A program made the translations under genes and the position numbers. A stretch of 64,000 nucleotides of DNA. Source: an uncultured Thermofilaceae archaeon. GTDB taxonomy: Archaea > Thermoproteota > Thermoprotei > Thermofilales > B69-G16. Shown here piece by piece: positions 47,527 to 57,148 of the stretch (within the stretch, counting starts at the first letter, position 1; the number at the start of each line of letters is the position of its first letter). The stretch lies in contig CAZCTW010000002.1 of assembly GCA_964501905.1 (NCBI GenBank), forward strand, positions 67,821 to 131,820, given 5' to 3'. A model generated the notes under the pieces. It was not told the DNA's origin, did no database searches, and worked only from the letters and a program-made list of their open reading frames with translations.

Positions 47527-48054
47527 TCATGCATATATACGAAAATCATCGTTAAAATGAAGGTATAATTTGGCGTTGGGGACTACTGTTTTTATTATTT
47601 TTAAAACATCTTCTGCGTCGTCATGAACTTCTACTACGTTTCTAAGCTTAGCGATTATACTTAACTTAAAATCTACGTCTCTACGCCTGTCACCCCTCCT
47701 TCTGAAAATAAATGCTACCTCATGAACCGGCACGCCCCATTTCAATAGTTCTTCAAGCGTTTTCCGTTTGAGGTTTTCCGGCCTCCCCGTGATGACTACT
47801 ACCCTTCCTTTATTTAACCTGTCTTTCAGAAGCTTTACCCCGGTAAGCCTAGGCTTATCATATTTCAAATAGTCCTCCGAAAGAAAGAGCTTCCAGAACC
47901 TCTGCCTACTCACTACGTCTAGGGATTTAGAATTCATATTTTCACTAAACCCCAGCTTCCTCAGTACAATTTTTACCTTCTCGCTCACATCCACCAAAAC
48001 ACCATCTATATCAAACATATAGACCAAAGTCTCGTCCATCAACCACCTGTCCAA
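47527..48054 (-). CDS. HAD-superfamily phosphatase-like protein
   Basis: The MFDIDGVLVD motif I is present. The rest is small and cap-less, and later motifs are weak. Confidence 0.55.
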   Translation of the reverse strand: MDRWLMDETLVYMFDIDGVLVDVSEKVKIVLRKLGFSENMNSKSLDVVSRQRFWKLFLSEDYLKYDKPRLTGVKLLKDRLNKGRVVVITGRPENLKRKTLEELLKWGVPVHEVAFIFRRRGDRRRDVDFKLSIIAKLRNVVEVHDDAEDVLKIIKTVVPNAKLYLHFNDDFRIYA

Positions 48055-48125
48055 CGCTTACCGCCGCTTCATGTTAACTAGGACGGTATAAATATATTTA
48101 AGCCCTCAACATAGTGGGAGATAGA

Positions 48126-48683
48126 ATGATACTCTCAGATGAAGAAATACTAGAGGCTATAAAAAGGGGAAAGATAATAATCGAACCCTTCACTAAGGAA
48201 AACGTAGGACCCTGCTCCGTAGATTTAACGCTCGCTGACGAATTCGTAATTTTTAAAGAAGGAGGCGTTATAGATCCGGCGAACCCCCGATCTCTCGGAG
48301 AGAATATCCAAGTGATTAAAACCGACGGCAAACCTTTCGTTCTAAAACCTAAGCAATTCGTCCTAGCTATGACTAGAGAGAAGATAGGTGTTGACAAGAG
48401 CTTGGCCGCTACGCTTGAGGGCAGGAGCAGCATAGCTAGATTAGGGATAGTCGTCCACGCAGCCGGACTAGTCAGCCCGGGCTCCGGCATAATACACCCT
48501 AAGCCCCTCGTTCTAGAAGTCTTCTCTCAAAACTCCAGCGAAGTAAAGCTCTATCCAGGCATGCGCATAGTACAGGTCATCTTCCACAGACTTTCAAAGC
48601 CAGCGAAACTGGGCTATGACGAACATCCGAGGTCGACGTACAAGCGGGAGAATGTTTGGATAAAGCCGTCTGCGTTGCTTTAG
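48126..48683 (+). CDS. dcd: dCTP deaminase
   Basis: MILSDEEILEAIKRGKIIIEPF, GPCSVDLTL, GRSSIARLG and HAAG blocks. tataaatatattta lies 26-39 nt upstream of ATG 48126. Confidence 0.9.
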   Translation: MILSDEEILEAIKRGKIIIEPFTKENVGPCSVDLTLADEFVIFKEGGVIDPANPRSLGENIQVIKTDGKPFVLKPKQFVLAMTREKIGVDKSLAATLEGRSSIARLGIVVHAAGLVSPGSGIIHPKPLVLEVFSQNSSEVKLYPGMRIVQVIFHRLSKPAKLGYDEHPRSTYKRENVWIKPSALL

Positions 48684-49303
48684 AGCTGTTCGTGCCTAAC
48701 CTTTACAAGCTTTTTCTCTAAGAGCTGTCTATAGAGTCTATACATTTTATCTTTGCTCTTTATTAATACCTCGTTGGCGACGCTTACTAAGGCAGGCAAG
48801 TGTTTTAAATCTATAATTAAAATTCCCATAGAGAAGAGCGGTACTTCAATTCTTTCACTTCCAGTTATCTCAACAACTACTCTATACTTTTTCACGCTTT
48901 GAATCCCGCTATGTTTAAAGCCGCAATGTCTAGCTGTGGTTAGAATATTTAAAGCAGCTTCTAAGTTTTTAGCTATCACGTGTAGTATTGGAGGTTGTAC
49001 ACTAAACCAGGAATACTCGACAGCGGATTTTTTGAGCTCCTCTAAAACCGTTAAAACTTCTTCGACTTTTACCTCTCTATGCCATTTAGCGACTGTAATT
49101 ATGTTGTGTTTATCTCCAGGCAACTTATTAAGAGTTATCTGAATTCTCCCGCTACAGCTACTCGTCGTATAGTATTCTTCATAGCTATTTATAACGTCTA
49201 GTAAAGGCTTTATATCAGCGTCAACACGACCTATCTTATACTCGAGCTCTAGGCGTTTTACGAAGTGTTCCTTTCTAGCAGTCCATGCGATCTCCTCGCT
49301 CAT
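48680..49303 (-). CDS. taw3: tRNA wyosine-derivative methyltransferase Taw3/TYW3
   Basis: YYTTSSCSGRI signature and overall TYW3 size (207 aa). Confidence 0.85.
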   Translation of the reverse strand: MSEEIAWTARKEHFVKRLELEYKIGRVDADIKPLLDVINSYEEYYTTSSCSGRIQITLNKLPGDKHNIITVAKWHREVKVEEVLTVLEELKKSAVEYSWFSVQPPILHVIAKNLEAALNILTTARHCGFKHSGIQSVKKYRVVVEITGSERIEVPLFSMGILIIDLKHLPALVSVANEVLIKSKDKMYRLYRQLLEKKLVKVRHEQL

Positions 49304-50009
49304 AGTCGTCTACCTCTAGTAATCTTATTAATTCGTAGAGGCTGTGAATAACGTTAACGCCCTCTACTATTCTCTTTCCTCGGTCTAGCAATACCGCGTT
49401 AAAACCAGCATTCACCGCGCCCAAGTAATCTCGTTCTAAATCATCACCTACGTGAAGTATCTCGCTGCCATCTACTCCTATCCTCGACTCAAACTCCCGG
49501 TAGGCTCTAGGGTCTGGCTTAAAAAATCCTGAAATATCAGGGGTAACTACAACAGAGAAAAACTCGGCTATACCATTTTCTTTTACTAACTTCCAGACGT
49601 CGGCGCTTAAGTTATCGCTTAGAATCCCTATTTTAAAATTTTTGGAGATTAAATGCTCTAGAACCGGCTTCACGTCGGGGTAGAGCCTAGCGTCGGCGAA
49701 ATCGAACCAATGCTCGTACATTAAAACTGCAAGTCTATCCACAGCTTCCTTAACTCCTAAAGCTTCCAAAATCGCCCTATTAAGATTAATGTAATAATTC
49801 CTCACGTCCGATTTTTTAAGATCTTCTGCGTAATTTTTTATGGATTTTAAGGCTTTAACAACCTCGTCTACATCTTTTACTAGCCCAAATGCTTCAAGAA
49901 ATCTCTTTATGATGAGGCAGGGAGGACTCTGCCGCATTAGAGTACCGTCTAAGTCGAACGATATTGCTTTTATTTTGGTAGTTTTAAACATGTATATAAA
50001 ATAATTCAT
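49275..50009 (-). CDS. HAD-superfamily hydrolase (subfamily IA)
   Basis: Motif I FDLDGTL, motif II ILSDN and motif IV HVGDDLERD. Confidence 0.8.
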   Translation of the reverse strand: MNYFIYMFKTTKIKAISFDLDGTLMRQSPPCLIIKRFLEAFGLVKDVDEVVKALKSIKNYAEDLKKSDVRNYYINLNRAILEALGVKEAVDRLAVLMYEHWFDFADARLYPDVKPVLEHLISKNFKIGILSDNLSADVWKLVKENGIAEFFSVVVTPDISGFFKPDPRAYREFESRIGVDGSEILHVGDDLERDYLGAVNAGFNAVLLDRGKRIVEGVNVIHSLYELIRLLEVDDYERGDRMDC

Positions 50010-50194
50010 TAAAAGCTTATTATACTTTTACATTAAATAGCTCATTAAAGAAATAATAATTTCAGTAAAATCTATTTTACTTCCTAGTTTAAATTAATTG
50101 ACAGGATTTTTGAACTAGGCTGCAAGAGGGGATATACTGGGGTATTGCCTGGATATTATATATACTTCGGCTTTTAACATTTATCAAGGGATGT

Positions 50195-50941
50195 ATGAAA
50201 GCAGTCGCAGTAATAGGATTTAGTGGTTCGGGAAAAACGACTATAGTTGAAAAGGTGGTTGGAGAACTTAAAAGTAGAGGGTATAGCGTCGCCACAGTAA
50301 AACATGTACATGGAGCGAAAAGGATAGATTTAGCTGATAAAGACACTTGGCGCCATATAAACGCGGGCGCGGACTTAGCGATAGCTCTCTCGGATAGCGA
50401 GACTTTAAAAGTTAAACCGGAGAAAACGGAGCTCTGGAGGGTCCTCTGGAAGCTCTCCAGTTACGACTATGTAGTACTTGAGGGCTTTAAGAAAAGTTTC
50501 TATGGGGCAAAGATAGCCGTGGCAAACAGTGTCGTCGACGCTGAGAAATTATTTAACAGCCTCGTTATAGCCTTTGTCGGTAGATTAGCTAGCGACATGA
50601 AAGAATTAAAGGGGATTCCCGTAGTGGATTTGGAAAACGTGGATTTTCTTGTTGATTTGATAGAAGAAAAAGCGTTTATGCCTCCAGCGGGGGTTAACTG
50701 TAGAAAGTGTAGATATTCGAGTTGTGCAGATCTAGCGGCGGCGATTCTAAGAGGAGAAGCCGCTGTGGATGAATGTGTTTTCATGAAGAAAACAGGTGTT
50801 GAACTTATGGTTAATGGAATCGAAGTAAAATTGAATCCTTTCGTCTCCTTAGTGTTTAAGAATGTTATCCTGGGACTTGTAAACTCGCTTAAAGGGGTTG
50901 AAAATCCGCGTGAAATAGAAGTGAAAATTAAACTAGTTTAG
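50195..50941 (+). CDS. mobB: Molybdopterin-guanine dinucleotide biosynthesis protein MobB fused to a Cys-rich (putative Fe-S) C-terminal domain
   Basis: AVIGFSGSGKTTIVEKVV...VATVKHVHG is MobB. The C-terminal CRKCRYSSCADL...DEC has CxxCx4C...C spacing. Confidence 0.8.
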   Translation: MKAVAVIGFSGSGKTTIVEKVVGELKSRGYSVATVKHVHGAKRIDLADKDTWRHINAGADLAIALSDSETLKVKPEKTELWRVLWKLSSYDYVVLEGFKKSFYGAKIAVANSVVDAEKLFNSLVIAFVGRLASDMKELKGIPVVDLENVDFLVDLIEEKAFMPPAGVNCRKCRYSSCADLAAAILRGEAAVDECVFMKKTGVELMVNGIEVKLNPFVSLVFKNVILGLVNSLKGVENPREIEVKIKLV

Positions 50942-50951
50942 CGCGATTTCT

Positions 50952-51692
50952 TTAGCCTTCTTTTTCGCATATAATTCTAGCATCCGCGATTTTTAACCCT
51001 TTTTCGTAGACGAAAACAGGGTTAAGGTCTATTTCCGCTATATATTTCCTATATGCCCAAATGAAGTTGGAAGTTTTGACTATTAGGTCGGCAACTGCCG
51101 CAACGTCGTAGGGGCCTTTGCCCCTATATCCCTTAAGGATTTCATATGCTTTCGTGCTCCTAATCATATCGATGGCCTCTTCCTCGTCAACAGGAGCGAT
51201 TCCATATGATATATCTTTAAAGATTTCTACGAAAATTCCTCCTAATCCGAAAACTACTACGGGGCCGAACTGCCTATCCCTCAACCCTCCAACTATTACT
51301 TCAACTCCAGGCTTCAACATTTCCTCAATTAGAACCCCCTCTACTCTAGCGCCCGGAACATGCTTCCGAACCTCTTCCAGCATATCATGATAGGCTTTTA
51401 CTAATTCTTCCTCGCTCTTAATGTCAAGTACTACTCCGCCTACATCCATTTTATGAATTATATCCGGGGAAACTATCTTCAATACTACTGGAAAGCCTAT
51501 TTCGCGAGCGGCTTTCAAAACTTCCTCCTCATTCCTAGCAAACTCCATGCGTGTAACGGGCAAACCGTAAAGCCCAACCGCGAGCTTTGACTCATATACC
51601 GTTAAAATTCTTCTACCTTCTTTTACTGCTTTCTCGAGAATATCTAGGACTTCGCTCTCCAAAGGGAACCCCCTACAGTTTAGAAAACACAT
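50952..51692 (-). CDS. ADP-forming acetyl-CoA synthetase beta-subunit-like ATP-grasp protein
   Basis: ATP-grasp_5 pattern (ESKLAVGLYGLPV...GFPVVLKIVSPDIIHKMDVGGV...IDLNPV). Length is about 240 aa. Confidence 0.7.
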   Translation of the reverse strand: MCFLNCRGFPLESEVLDILEKAVKEGRRILTVYESKLAVGLYGLPVTRMEFARNEEEVLKAAREIGFPVVLKIVSPDIIHKMDVGGVVLDIKSEEELVKAYHDMLEEVRKHVPGARVEGVLIEEMLKPGVEVIVGGLRDRQFGPVVVFGLGGIFVEIFKDISYGIAPVDEEEAIDMIRSTKAYEILKGYRGKGPYDVAAVADLIVKTSNFIWAYRKYIAEIDLNPVFVYEKGLKIADARIICEKEG

Positions 51693-51957
51693 CTTCGAGT
51701 TTCAATTTTAATATCACATAATCGCTTATGGCTTGAATATAGTCCACCGGAATTGCTATCTCTTCCGAACTCCTCTTAATCTTACTTAGTATCTTTCCTA
51801 TTTTACCAGACTCCTCTTTTAAGGAGCTTTTTACTATTAAGGTCTTAGCTACCATGCTTTCCAGATCAAGTTCTATGTCAACTACGCTCCCCACGTTTCT
51901 ACCCTTGGCATCTATAACCACTTTATTAAGCAAATCCTTTTTAAACCTCACCGACAT
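51673..51957 (-). CDS. PRC-barrel domain protein
   Basis: LLNKVVIDAKGRNVGSVVDIELDLESMVAKTLIV is typical of the PRC barrel. Confidence 0.6.
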   Translation of the reverse strand: MSVRFKKDLLNKVVIDAKGRNVGSVVDIELDLESMVAKTLIVKSSLKEESGKIGKILSKIKRSSEEIAIPVDYIQAISDYVILKLKLEDVFSKL

Positions 51958-52005
51958 ACACTCACCAACGACATTAATTGAGAGTAAAGGCTTATAAAAT
52001 GTTAA

Positions 52006-53169
52006 TTAGTAGTAGTCACCGAGAATCCATATATTGCCTATCGAGACATTCTCTAAGCCTTCCTCCCGGGCGGCTTCTAGGGCTTTCCTAGCGTGGCTCC
52101 TGCTAGTTGGAGGGAGGTCCCTTAGCATGTAGTCTGGATGAAAAGCCAGTAACCTATACGGTATAGAGGGGTTTAAACTCGCTAGAAACCTGGCGATCAT
52201 CCTGACCTCGTACTCGTCTACATAGCCCGGAACTAGCAGAGTGCTCGCCATGAAGAGAGGAACCTCGGGTCTCTTATCCATGAAGCTAACTACATACTTG
52301 ATATTCTCGAAAAGCTTTTCATTAGAAACTCCGGTTAAAGCTTTATAGATAGAGGGCGTCCATGCCTTAACATCGAACTTTACTATACCGCCGCTCTCGA
52401 GAGATAATTTAACAACTTGAGATAGTAAGTTCTTGTTCATTAGCCCGTTGGTCTCCCAGCATACCCTTAATATCCTGTCTTCGCTTCTAGCTCTCTCTAA
52501 CGCTTTCCTAGCCACTAGTATAGCGTTTGAGATTTGGGGCGTAGGATCGCCCCCAAAGAAGCATATGCAGGTTACCCTCTTATCCGCTGCTCCAACGAGC
52601 TCCTTAAAGCTCTTTATAGGGGAAAGCTTCCGCGTATTATTGCGGTAGTGCCAGTTTTGGCAGAATAGGCAGTCTAAGTTGCACGCCCCGTAAAATACGG
52701 CTAGGTTGTAGTAGCCGTGCTCTCCTTTAGGCGATAGAGCATACTTAGGATACCCCAAACCCGTTGTTGCGGGGCACCAATCTCCCGCCACGCAGTTAGT
52801 CGGCAATGGGTCATAGTACCAGTCAACAACGGCCTCGAAAGGCAATTTCACCCGCCATTTCAACCTACCGTCGATATTTTCTACAAGCCCGCAGAAGCCC
52901 ACGCCCCCCGGCGGTATAGAGCACTCGTTGGCGCAGACTTTACACGTGACACCTCCAAGATCTCTCGGCGGTGTCGCGGGAAGCCCATAGCGTTTCTTGC
53001 TTTCAATATGGGCTTTCTCCGCTACTTTAAGAGCCTCTTCCGCCCTATTCCTAAGGCAATCCGCACAAACCCCTATTACCTTCGATATGGTCTTGGATTT
53101 AGCTCCGCATAGACTACAAGTCTTCGCTTTAAACCATTTACCAGGCTCAAACGATAACAATTTCCACAT
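52006..53169 (-). CDS. Radical SAM enzyme, PFL-activase-like (AmmeMemoRadiSam-type)
   Basis: CNLDCLFCQNW cluster motif. The N-terminus carries Cys pairs (CSLCG...CADC, CKVCANEC). Confidence 0.8.
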   Translation of the reverse strand: MWKLLSFEPGKWFKAKTCSLCGAKSKTISKVIGVCADCLRNRAEEALKVAEKAHIESKKRYGLPATPPRDLGGVTCKVCANECSIPPGGVGFCGLVENIDGRLKWRVKLPFEAVVDWYYDPLPTNCVAGDWCPATTGLGYPKYALSPKGEHGYYNLAVFYGACNLDCLFCQNWHYRNNTRKLSPIKSFKELVGAADKRVTCICFFGGDPTPQISNAILVARKALERARSEDRILRVCWETNGLMNKNLLSQVVKLSLESGGIVKFDVKAWTPSIYKALTGVSNEKLFENIKYVVSFMDKRPEVPLFMASTLLVPGYVDEYEVRMIARFLASLNPSIPYRLLAFHPDYMLRDLPPTSRSHARKALEAAREEGLENVSIGNIWILGDYY

Positions 53170-53403
53170 AGATTATATAGAGATTTTACGCATAAAAATG
53201 TAGAGGTTAGAAGGCAGTATTGGCGGCTTTCCTAACACAGAATATATAGCCTACTCGTGTCCGACGAGACGAGATACAGTTTAGTACTTGAAAAACAAGG
53301 TCAACGCCCTGCCTCTAATGAACCGGAGGAGAAGAGGCAGATAAACACTAAAACGGTTATAAAAACCTGCCTACGCTGAACCCGTCCCAGGCATGCATAC
53401 ACT

Positions 53404-56400
53404 TTAGTTTTGATTCCCTGTAGTATGCGAATGCTTTAAAGCTAAATGAAGCTTGTATATGGTTTCTAGGTTCTCCTCTATGTACTTGCCCAGTTTTTTC
53501 TGTAGATAACGTGACGAAGCAATCCATTTCGAATAAGGTTTATCACGTATGTACCTGCGCGTATTCTCCCACTCCATCCTTACATCCTGTAGGTGTATGG
53601 TCCTGTTCCACCCCAACGCGCTCTCAACCTCCTCTAGCGGAAGTCTATCCACCTCGAAGATTTTCACCGCCTCCTCCTTCACGTCGACGACCTTTCCCAT
53701 ATGTTTTAATCCTATCAGTAAAGCGGCGAGCGATTTCAACTCGTTATTCATCAAAGTTCTGGTTAAATCGTTTAAGCCGTAAACCGCTAAGGTAAAGTCT
53801 TTATCTAGAAACTCTCTAATCCTATCTTCGACCTCTCTAACCTCCCTCCCGATGATGTAAAACTCTTTAAAGGATTCTCGAACTAAAAACTTCTCGCCAT
53901 CGTACAAGCCAACCGCTATAAGCTCCACCCTTTCCTCCTCATCCAAAGGCAGGCTTAGGGCGTCCAGCGCGGCTACCTTTAAGGCTCTCGACGGCTTAGG
54001 CACATATATCTCCTTATCTCTAATTTTCAAAGCTATCTTCTCTCTAAGTAGCAGGTAGCTTAATGCCTTCAAAGCGGCTTGTTTAGCTATGTCCCACCTC
54101 AATCCGCTGGCGGCGAGCTCGAGGTGGGCGTCCTCGTCTACCGCCTGTAATAGTACTTCAGTCAACTCGTCGGGCTCGAAGCTTTCCACTTTCTTCATGA
54201 CGTTGAGCCAGTCTAGTTTTTCAAGGAGCCCGGCGCTTTCAGGCTCGTGGAGTATTATCAACTTCTTCTCGCCAACTTTGGCTATATCGTACATTATGGT
54301 CTCGAAGGCTATCCGGTACTCGACCCTGAGGACGACCATAACTAGCGCAAGCCCTATACGCAACCACGTGAGATCCTCGTCGGGCTCTAACTCGACAGAT
54401 ATCCCGTACGTGTAATCGTTGTATTTGCCATAGGTTCCCGTGGGGACTTCGATGACTTTTAAATCCCTCAGCACTAGAGTTTTCCCATCCACGGGTATTA
54501 GCTTGCTCTTTCTCCCCCGCAGTATCCAGTGTACTCTGTTCGGTATTTTAGTGTAGATACCAAAGCCTCTTAACGGAGGATGGACGACGCATATAACCTC
54601 CGAGTGCAATCTACCCGCTACGTAATCTCCGAAAATGTTCGGCTCCTCCCCCCATCTGTATTTAGCTTTCCTATACTCTTCATAGGCGTAGGCTAATGCG
54701 TCGTTCCCCCAGATAACCCGCTCGCTCAGAGGCTCCTCAACCACAGCTGTGACAACTCTCCCCGACTTGCCCCCAAGTCTGTGAGATGTCACTATGGCAT
54801 CTTCAGTGTAGTCTATACAACCGGGCTGAAATTTCTCGACTAAGTCGCAGAAGGATATATCCTCCAGGTACTGTTGCTCGTCATATCTAGCTTTCACTCT
54901 TTTAATGCCGAACGGGGGTGAGAACTCGTAGAAGTTTAAGTTAGTCCACGCGCTCTTCCCCCTCCTAGTCAGTTCCCCCTCTTTAACTAAACCAAGCTTC
55001 TCCAAGAACTTATACTCCTCCTTAGACAAGTGCTTCCTCATCGTGGGAGATACGAACTTATAGAGGGATTCGAAGAGCAGGGAGTACTTGTTATCGGGGT
55101 TTACGATCGCGTGCTCTAGAGGTAGCTCTAGCCAAGATTTAAAGACGGATACTCCCCGCGTCAACAATTCTCTATCCCATCTAAGCACGGGGAAGATAAT
55201 GCTTTCGGTAAATTCTATCTCCTTCCTCCGACCCTTCCTCCCCTCCCTCTGGTGGTACTCTCTAACATCATCAGGCAGACCTACGTGGACGATACGCACG
55301 ACAGTCCCTATATCTATCCCTTGAGCAAGTGTTCTAGGAGTGAAAATCAATTTTACACGCCCCTCTCTAGCTCCCTGCTCAATAAGCTCTCGTAGAGCTT
55401 TAGACACTAAGTGGTGGTGAGTTGCTATCATATCCGCGCGGTTTCGGGGCAGCCTATACTTCAATTTCCTAGCGAGTTCCTCGGCTTTAGCTATACTCCT
55501 CGTGAATACGAGCGTTACGCCCTCATCGTCTAAGTATTTCTCCAAGATTTCGGTGGGGTCGAGCTCTACTCTAGGAACTTCTAATCCCAAGGCTTCGAGA
55601 ACTTCTAGTACTTTGTAGAAGTTCTCCTTGAATGAGTTGAAATCCTCCAGCGAGTCGATGATATCCTTCCCTACTCCCGGAGCCGAAGATAGGATGTCTC
55701 TATACTTTCTAACTATATCCCATATACGCCTGAGGTTTTTACCTAGGATTATATAGGTTTTGTTAGGTACTTTGAAAGCTTTCCCGTAGATAATAGCGGT
55801 TTCCTTACCGTTTATCTCCGTTAAGAAAGCCCCTAACTCCTTTGGATTCCCTAGAGTCGCGGTTAGAATAGCTATCTGAAAGTTAACCGGGGATAATACC
55901 CTCAATATCTTAATCATCGATAACAGTAAAGCTATCTCCCTCGGAGAGTAGAAATCTAGTTCATCTACAACTAATAGTTGGAATTTCGGTATAAGTTTGG
56001 ACAGTACGGCGTTTCTGCTACCTACGGCGTGCCTTTTGAGATCCATGAGGAGAAAAGCCGGGTTTGTTATCAGTATCTGTAAATTTCCTATGTAATCCCT
56101 AAGTCTGCTTCCCTTAACCCCCTTCCTGTAGAATTCCTCTCTTCTCTTGGCATCTATAACGTCGACTTGAATCCCCACGACACGGGCGTAACTCTTAATT
56201 CTATTGATTTGGTCGTTAGCAAGGGCTAGCGTCGGGTAAAGCACTAGAGCTTTTACGCCCTTCTTAATCGCGTAAATTAACCAAGCCTCTGTCTTGCCAG
56301 AGCCTGTTCCAGATCTAAGTATTACGTTTTTGCCGTTTAGCAGAGCCTTATATGCCTCGTACTGGTGCTTATAGAGTTTTTTACCTGCGAGCCTTCCAGC

Positions 56401-56577
56401 GTGTCCATCGGCTTTTTCGAATTCCGGGATTAAATCGCTGAAAGTGAGCTCGGCTAGATCGGGCTCTTCCCCTCTTTCTCCGAAGGCGTAGTAGTCGTAA
56501 CCTAGATTCTCCAGCACGGTTAAGCTATCTATAGGCACTTTTACACCGTAAGCTATTTCGCGTTGAGCGTTATTCAA
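53404..56577 (-). CDS. Large SF2 DEAD/DEAH-box helicase, YprA/MrfA/Hrq1-like core with a ~580-aa C-terminal region (DUF1998-like but lacking Cys)
   Basis: Motif I SGTGSGKTEAW, Ia LYPTLALANDQ, II VVDELD, III LTATL, V FTPRTLAQGIDIG and VI HQREGRKGRR. The tail contains the block YRIAFETIMYDI...ILHEPESAGLLEKL. Confidence 0.85.
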   Translation of the reverse strand: MNNAQREIAYGVKVPIDSLTVLENLGYDYYAFGERGEEPDLAELTFSDLIPEFEKADGHAGRLAGKKLYKHQYEAYKALLNGKNVILRSGTGSGKTEAWLIYAIKKGVKALVLYPTLALANDQINRIKSYARVVGIQVDVIDAKRREEFYRKGVKGSRLRDYIGNLQILITNPAFLLMDLKRHAVGSRNAVLSKLIPKFQLLVVDELDFYSPREIALLLSMIKILRVLSPVNFQIAILTATLGNPKELGAFLTEINGKETAIIYGKAFKVPNKTYIILGKNLRRIWDIVRKYRDILSSAPGVGKDIIDSLEDFNSFKENFYKVLEVLEALGLEVPRVELDPTEILEKYLDDEGVTLVFTRSIAKAEELARKLKYRLPRNRADMIATHHHLVSKALRELIEQGAREGRVKLIFTPRTLAQGIDIGTVVRIVHVGLPDDVREYHQREGRKGRRKEIEFTESIIFPVLRWDRELLTRGVSVFKSWLELPLEHAIVNPDNKYSLLFESLYKFVSPTMRKHLSKEEYKFLEKLGLVKEGELTRRGKSAWTNLNFYEFSPPFGIKRVKARYDEQQYLEDISFCDLVEKFQPGCIDYTEDAIVTSHRLGGKSGRVVTAVVEEPLSERVIWGNDALAYAYEEYRKAKYRWGEEPNIFGDYVAGRLHSEVICVVHPPLRGFGIYTKIPNRVHWILRGRKSKLIPVDGKTLVLRDLKVIEVPTGTYGKYNDYTYGISVELEPDEDLTWLRIGLALVMVVLRVEYRIAFETIMYDIAKVGEKKLIILHEPESAGLLEKLDWLNVMKKVESFEPDELTEVLLQAVDEDAHLELAASGLRWDIAKQAALKALSYLLLREKIALKIRDKEIYVPKPSRALKVAALDALSLPLDEEERVELIAVGLYDGEKFLVRESFKEFYIIGREVREVEDRIREFLDKDFTLAVYGLNDLTRTLMNNELKSLAALLIGLKHMGKVVDVKEEAVKIFEVDRLPLEEVESALGWNRTIHLQDVRMEWENTRRYIRDKPYSKWIASSRYLQKKLGKYIEENLETIYKLHLALKHSHTTGNQN

Positions 56578-56578
56578 G

Positions 56579-57148
56579 TTAGCGCTTTACAAAACGTTTA
56601 GTTAACAGGTAGATAACGTAGAGCGGAATGAAGACGTTATTCAAATAAACCAGCAACGTGAGGAATATCGATAGAGAATAGTACATTAAGATGCTGTTTG
56701 ACTTCTCGGCTAGCTTTAAAAAAACGAATACAATAACCGTTCCGAGTAAGTGAACCGCTAAGTAGCCCCTAGCCCCCGTCCTCTCGTAATTAACTTCTTT
56801 CAACTCGAGCAATATATAGCCTAGCGCGTTCGCTGCGGCTATTCCGGCTAGGGCTCCGGTTATAATCCTTATGTCGTTAGTGCTCTCCCTAAACCCTAGA
56901 AACTGGGTTAAACCGTCTACAACTATAGGGGTTAAGAAAGCAAGTGTTGCGAAGATATTGTAGTAGAACCTTCTAGTCTTATACCTGTAGAAAATCCAGA
57001 TGTAGCCTAGAAAAAGCCCCAAATTTATCGCCGTACACCTCGAGCATAAGGGCAGCTGGAGGCCTGCTATGAAAAGCGATCTTGAGGGTATCTGGTGGCA
57101 GAAAAAGCTATTGAGGTAGAATAGGAGTTTGCGGAGCCAGTCACACAT
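56579..57148 (-). CDS. DUF2085-family membrane protein
   Basis: FFCHQIPSRSLFIAGLQLPLCSRCTAINLG is the DUF2085 signature. It has 5 TM helices and lies 1 nt downstream-adjacent to the helicase start. Confidence 0.65.
   Translation of the reverse strand: MCDWLRKLLFYLNSFFCHQIPSRSLFIAGLQLPLCSRCTAINLGLFLGYIWIFYRYKTRRFYYNIFATLAFLTPIVVDGLTQFLGFRESTNDIRIITGALAGIAAANALGYILLELKEVNYERTGARGYLAVHLLGTVIVFVFLKLAEKSNSILMYYSLSIFLTLLVYLNNVFIPLYVIYLLTKRFVKR

Noticed and set aside
48098-48490. 130-aa minus-strand ORF overlapping dcd
   Set aside because: It is antisense to a gene with clear dCTP deaminase motifs. It has no motifs of its own, a Pro/Ser-rich composition, and no promoter-like sequence.
50089-50346. 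85-aa minus-strand ORF overlapping the mobB start and promoter
   Set aside because: It overlaps the mobB P-loop coding region in antisense, so the mobB reading is clearly the real one.
53170-53403. 234-bp spacer between the radical SAM gene and the helicase, with small hairpins (GCCTCT-N16-AGAGGC, CTCGT-N5-ACGAG)
   Set aside because: The stems are short (5-6 bp), with no box motifs or repeats. It is adequately explained as helicase terminator plus radical-SAM promoter.
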